From Guillardia theta CCMP2712 (taxonomy: Eukaryota; Protista; Cryptophyta), in the NCBI RefSeq assembly GCF_000315625.1, contig NW_005434630.1:310001-374000 (forward strand): a DNA stretch of 64,000 nt. Direction: 5' to 3'. Each line of letters opens with the position of its first letter. Position 1 is the stretch's first letter. The notes under the pieces were generated by a model. That model was given only the letters and a program-made list of their open reading frames with translations, did not search any database and was not told the origin of the DNA. Below are positions 62,381-64,000 of the stretch, one piece after another. The position numbers were made by a program, and so were the translations under genes.

Positions 62381-64000
62381 ATGAGGATGCGATGGCTCAG
62401 TGGAGCGACGTTGGGTGCCTGCACCATTGTTTGCCTATGGATGCTGTGCGAACGACCGGGACATGTTGCACTGCTCTCTTCAGCGTCGCAGAAGCTTCAA
62501 CCATCGGGTTCTGGCATTCACATCAAGGGCCTTGCAGAGGAGCAGGAGAAGCTGAGGCTGAAGAGGATGCATGCGCTGCACCCTGGAGCGAGTGCTCTGC
62601 ATGACTTCGAGCACTCACTCGAGGCCCGGTCCGGGTCTCATCGCCCTGCCCGACCTTCTTCGTGGAGGGTCAGGCACATGCAGGCAGCGCTGAAGCGACT
62701 GCAAGCGAAGGGGAGGGACGAAGAGGCGAGGATGGCGAGCATGCGGAAAGAGATAGCGCAGGACAGGGAGGACTACCATGAAGCACGGCAGCTGCTGCGA
62801 CGAGGGATGAAGGACAGGAAGTTGGCAGAGTCGGAGCGGGAGCGGGCGCACACTTTGATCAAGGAGGCGAAGAAGGAGAAGGGGGAGCTGGAGCAGAAGA
62901 AGCTTGCAGACAAGCAGCTGCGGAGAGAAGTTCAGGATAGAGTGCAGAGTCTGAGGATAGCACGGGATGACGACCTTGAGGAGCAGAAGCGCAACCAGGT
63001 GGTGATGGACACCGTCTACTCCATCCAACAGCAGGCGAACGCCGAGAGATCGGAGGCAATGACGTTGCGATCTGACGCCCTGAACTCGCTGGCCGAAGCT
63101 CGAAGGTATGCCCGCGAGGCAAAGAACATGCGGAAGCTAGCTAGGAGCATGGAGAACACAGCCAAACTGGACGGACAGGCTGAGAGCGTCTCCCAGGAGG
63201 CGGAGGCTTCGTCATCGGTCAGCAAGGTTTGGATCTCTTCCTCTGAGAGTCGTTCATAACATTCCTTCCAAGGCCCCGACAGGCAAGGCTTCTTCCTTGT
63301 CCAAGAAGGTGGAAGCAACTGTGTCAAGGTTGAGGAGGGAGGCTGCGAGGTGAGTCGGATGCTGTCAGGAGCGTCTCCCTGACCCCACTAAGGTATCGGC
63401 ACGAGGCCTCCCGGCTCATGATCAAGTCAGAGATGGTTGGCTCCAAGGCTCCGCGCGACCTGGCGGTGGCGAACAAAGTCCTCAAGACGGCCAAGTCGCT
63501 CTACGAGCATGCCGAGAGCGTACAGAATTCCTTGCGAAGTGCAGAGATCCTGCACCAGCAGACGGAGTACCAGCAGATGCCGCAGAGGCAGCAGGAGCTG
63601 GCGAGCAAGGAGGCGGCAGTGCAGCATCTGGCAGCGAACCTAAAGGGGGAGGAGCGGGTGGCAGATCATCTGCAGGAGCTGGTGAGTGGAAGGAGGGGAG
63701 CGCGTGATCCAAGCTTGACGGGCAAGGCAGCAAATTGAAGCCAAGGAGCTGTTCCACAAGGCCGCTGCCGACGTGAGATCGTCCGACCAGGAGGCACGGG
63801 AGGCGAAGATCTCCTTGAAGGCTGCGAGGACGAGTGAGATTGAGGTGAGCCCGATCCTGCACAAGTTGTTTGGCTCAAGGCTGTTGTACAGGACGAGGGA
63901 AGGTTGCAGGCCCTGGAACGAGCATGGAGGGTCTCGCAACAGCAGATGGCATCCCTGAACGATGCAGGACAAGCCAGATAGATAGAGGGGAGCGGGCTGT
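62381..64000 (+). CDS. Signal-anchored coiled-coil protein, runs off the window end
   Basis: MRMRWLSGATLGACTIVCLWML leader followed by long A/E/K/R heptad-rich exons. Confidence 0.7.

Overview
Gene-dense eukaryotic nuclear DNA with many very short (about 45-55 nt) spliceosomal introns, microsatellite-filled introns and bipartite signal+transit-like leaders. This pattern suggests a cryptophyte alga such as Guillardia theta (inference). Recognisable genes, assigned from motifs read by eye without database searches: CWC2 (partial), WDR83/MORG1, TRAPPC10, an F-box/TPR-like protein, a DUF1517/FLAP1-like protein, an Fe-S-less APS/PAPS reductase (APR-B type), a NEPRO/Rmp1-like protein, MED31, a BIN4-like protein, an SK-type channel with a non-canonical filter (TTSYYGD) and C-terminal EF-hands, PIG-W/GWT1, a RAP-domain protein, an APT1/LYPLA thioesterase and a CYTH/TTM RNA-triphosphatase-like fusion, plus several hypothetical genes. 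The most striking structure is a 6.7-kb nested inverted duplication (35021-41757) arranged A<- B-> [1.07-kb unique core] <-B' A'->. A and B are divergently transcribed, distantly related paralogs of a Cys-rich repeat family I do not recognise. The arms are near-identical, while the promoter spacers and the B intron have diverged, consistent with arm-to-arm gene conversion and possibly flip-flop inversion. A second candidate novelty is an unannotated ~310-nt intergenic segment (49706-50016) that folds into several G-U-containing stems and ends in T7, like a Pol III ncRNA. One assembly gap (100 N) lies at 53470-53569. Exon boundaries and many start codons are manual estimates.
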